From assembly GCA_030704615.1 (NCBI GenBank), contig CM060733.1, positions 26,164,001-26,228,000 on the forward strand: 64,000 nt of DNA, in the 5' to 3' direction. This document shows, piece by piece, positions 63,195 to 64,000 of the stretch (position 1 is the first letter of the stretch; each line of letters opens with the position of its first letter). This stretch comes from Takakia lepidozioides. Taxonomy: Eukaryota > Plantae > Bryophyta. Under the pieces are notes generated by a model. That model did not search any database, was not told the origin of the DNA, and was given only the letters and a program-made list of their open reading frames with translations. The position numbers and the translations under genes are program-made.

Positions 63195-63990
63195 GCTATG
63201 GCTAAGAGGTAAGACATCATGTGCATTCACCTATGGATCTTGGGTCAAAATCCTTGTGAGTTGTTTGTCTCTATCTGCAGGCTGGGACTCTGCCCCTGTT
63301 TGCTTTCATGTCCCTCAAAGGGGGTTTATACCACTGTTGGGCGGTTATCTAAAAAAATTGATAACCTACAGTTCTGGTTATATAGTTAATTTTTTTTTAA
63401 TAACCTGCTGTTCCTGTTATTTGAAATTTTATAAATTCTAATAACCTGCCGGTTATCAATAGATCCGGTTATCTCTTGGATGATAACTGGCGGTTATATA
63501 TACCGGTTTTCAATTGCTGATAACTAGGATAAAAACCATCGATCGCATTTAATTGAATAAATATTATATATAAGGTGATAATTATTTTAAAAGGGCAGGG
63601 CGCGTGTGGGTCTGCTGTGGGCTCACGCCCTACATGGCCCTGTACCCCCTCCTCGCTTGATACCCCACACCCTAAAATAAATGTAAATAATATATGTATA
63701 CACACATAACCCACATTTTTATTTCCCTTGTCCGCTTCTCTATCAGGTTATTTTATTATCTTATAACGTGCAGTTATCAATGTAGCCCTGTTATCAAAAA
63801 CCACATAACCACATGTTATCAATATCATTTTTTTTTGAGAATTTTCCGGACATTGATAATTGGGTTGATAACCTGGTTTTCATGTAATCCTGAATACCTA
63901 ATAACCGCCCAACACTGGTTTATAATAATCCCCCTCAAGGCCAAGTTGCTTGGCCTGCTGTTGTTTCCTTGGAAACAAAACAAAACAATT
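63195..63990 (+). mobile_element. Diverged SINE copy interrupted by a hAT MITE
   Basis: AAAGGGGGTT...TCCCCCTCAAGGCC...GTTTCCTT...AAAC matches the 3' end of the SINE at 20121-20367. Confidence 0.5.
63332..63917. mobile_element. Non-autonomous hAT (MITE), 586 bp
   Basis: TIRs CACTGTTGGGCGGTTAT / ATAACCGCCCAACACTG; 8-bp TSD GTTTATAC / GTTTATAA; GGTTAT/ATAACC subterminal words. Confidence 0.9.
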
Positions 63991-64000
63991 TTTTTTTTTT

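Overview
TE-dense eukaryotic window, most likely from a non-seed land plant (inferred from PLS-class PPR remnants, a plant-type MPC1 and the TE repertoire). Only one intact host gene is supported: a 4-exon mitochondrial pyruvate carrier (MPC1, 47853-49021). The rest is nested transposons: four L1-clade LINE pieces; a MULE/SWIM element split by a hAT (8-bp TSD) that itself carries an RTE/RTEX-like LINE and a TauD dioxygenase fragment; a non-autonomous CACTA with PPR remnants; tRNA-derived SINEs; a hAT MITE; and an MCM3 gene fragment. Two elements stand out. (1) A ~12.3-kb Ty3/gypsy element (50208-62555) with a DNMT3-type cytosine methyltransferase between protease and RT, a C-terminal PHD finger, a Tf1-like self-priming site, captured host fragments, and permuted A-internal-B-A-B termini that match integration of a 2-LTR circle at an internal palindrome. 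(2) A Sola-like DNA transposon (~34620-44700) with a divergent gene holding three FCP1/NIF (CTD-phosphatase-like) domains and about nine dispersed copies of the 24-bp palindrome AACCTCCACTGNNCAGTGGAGGTT. All calls come from reading motifs by eye; no database searches were run.
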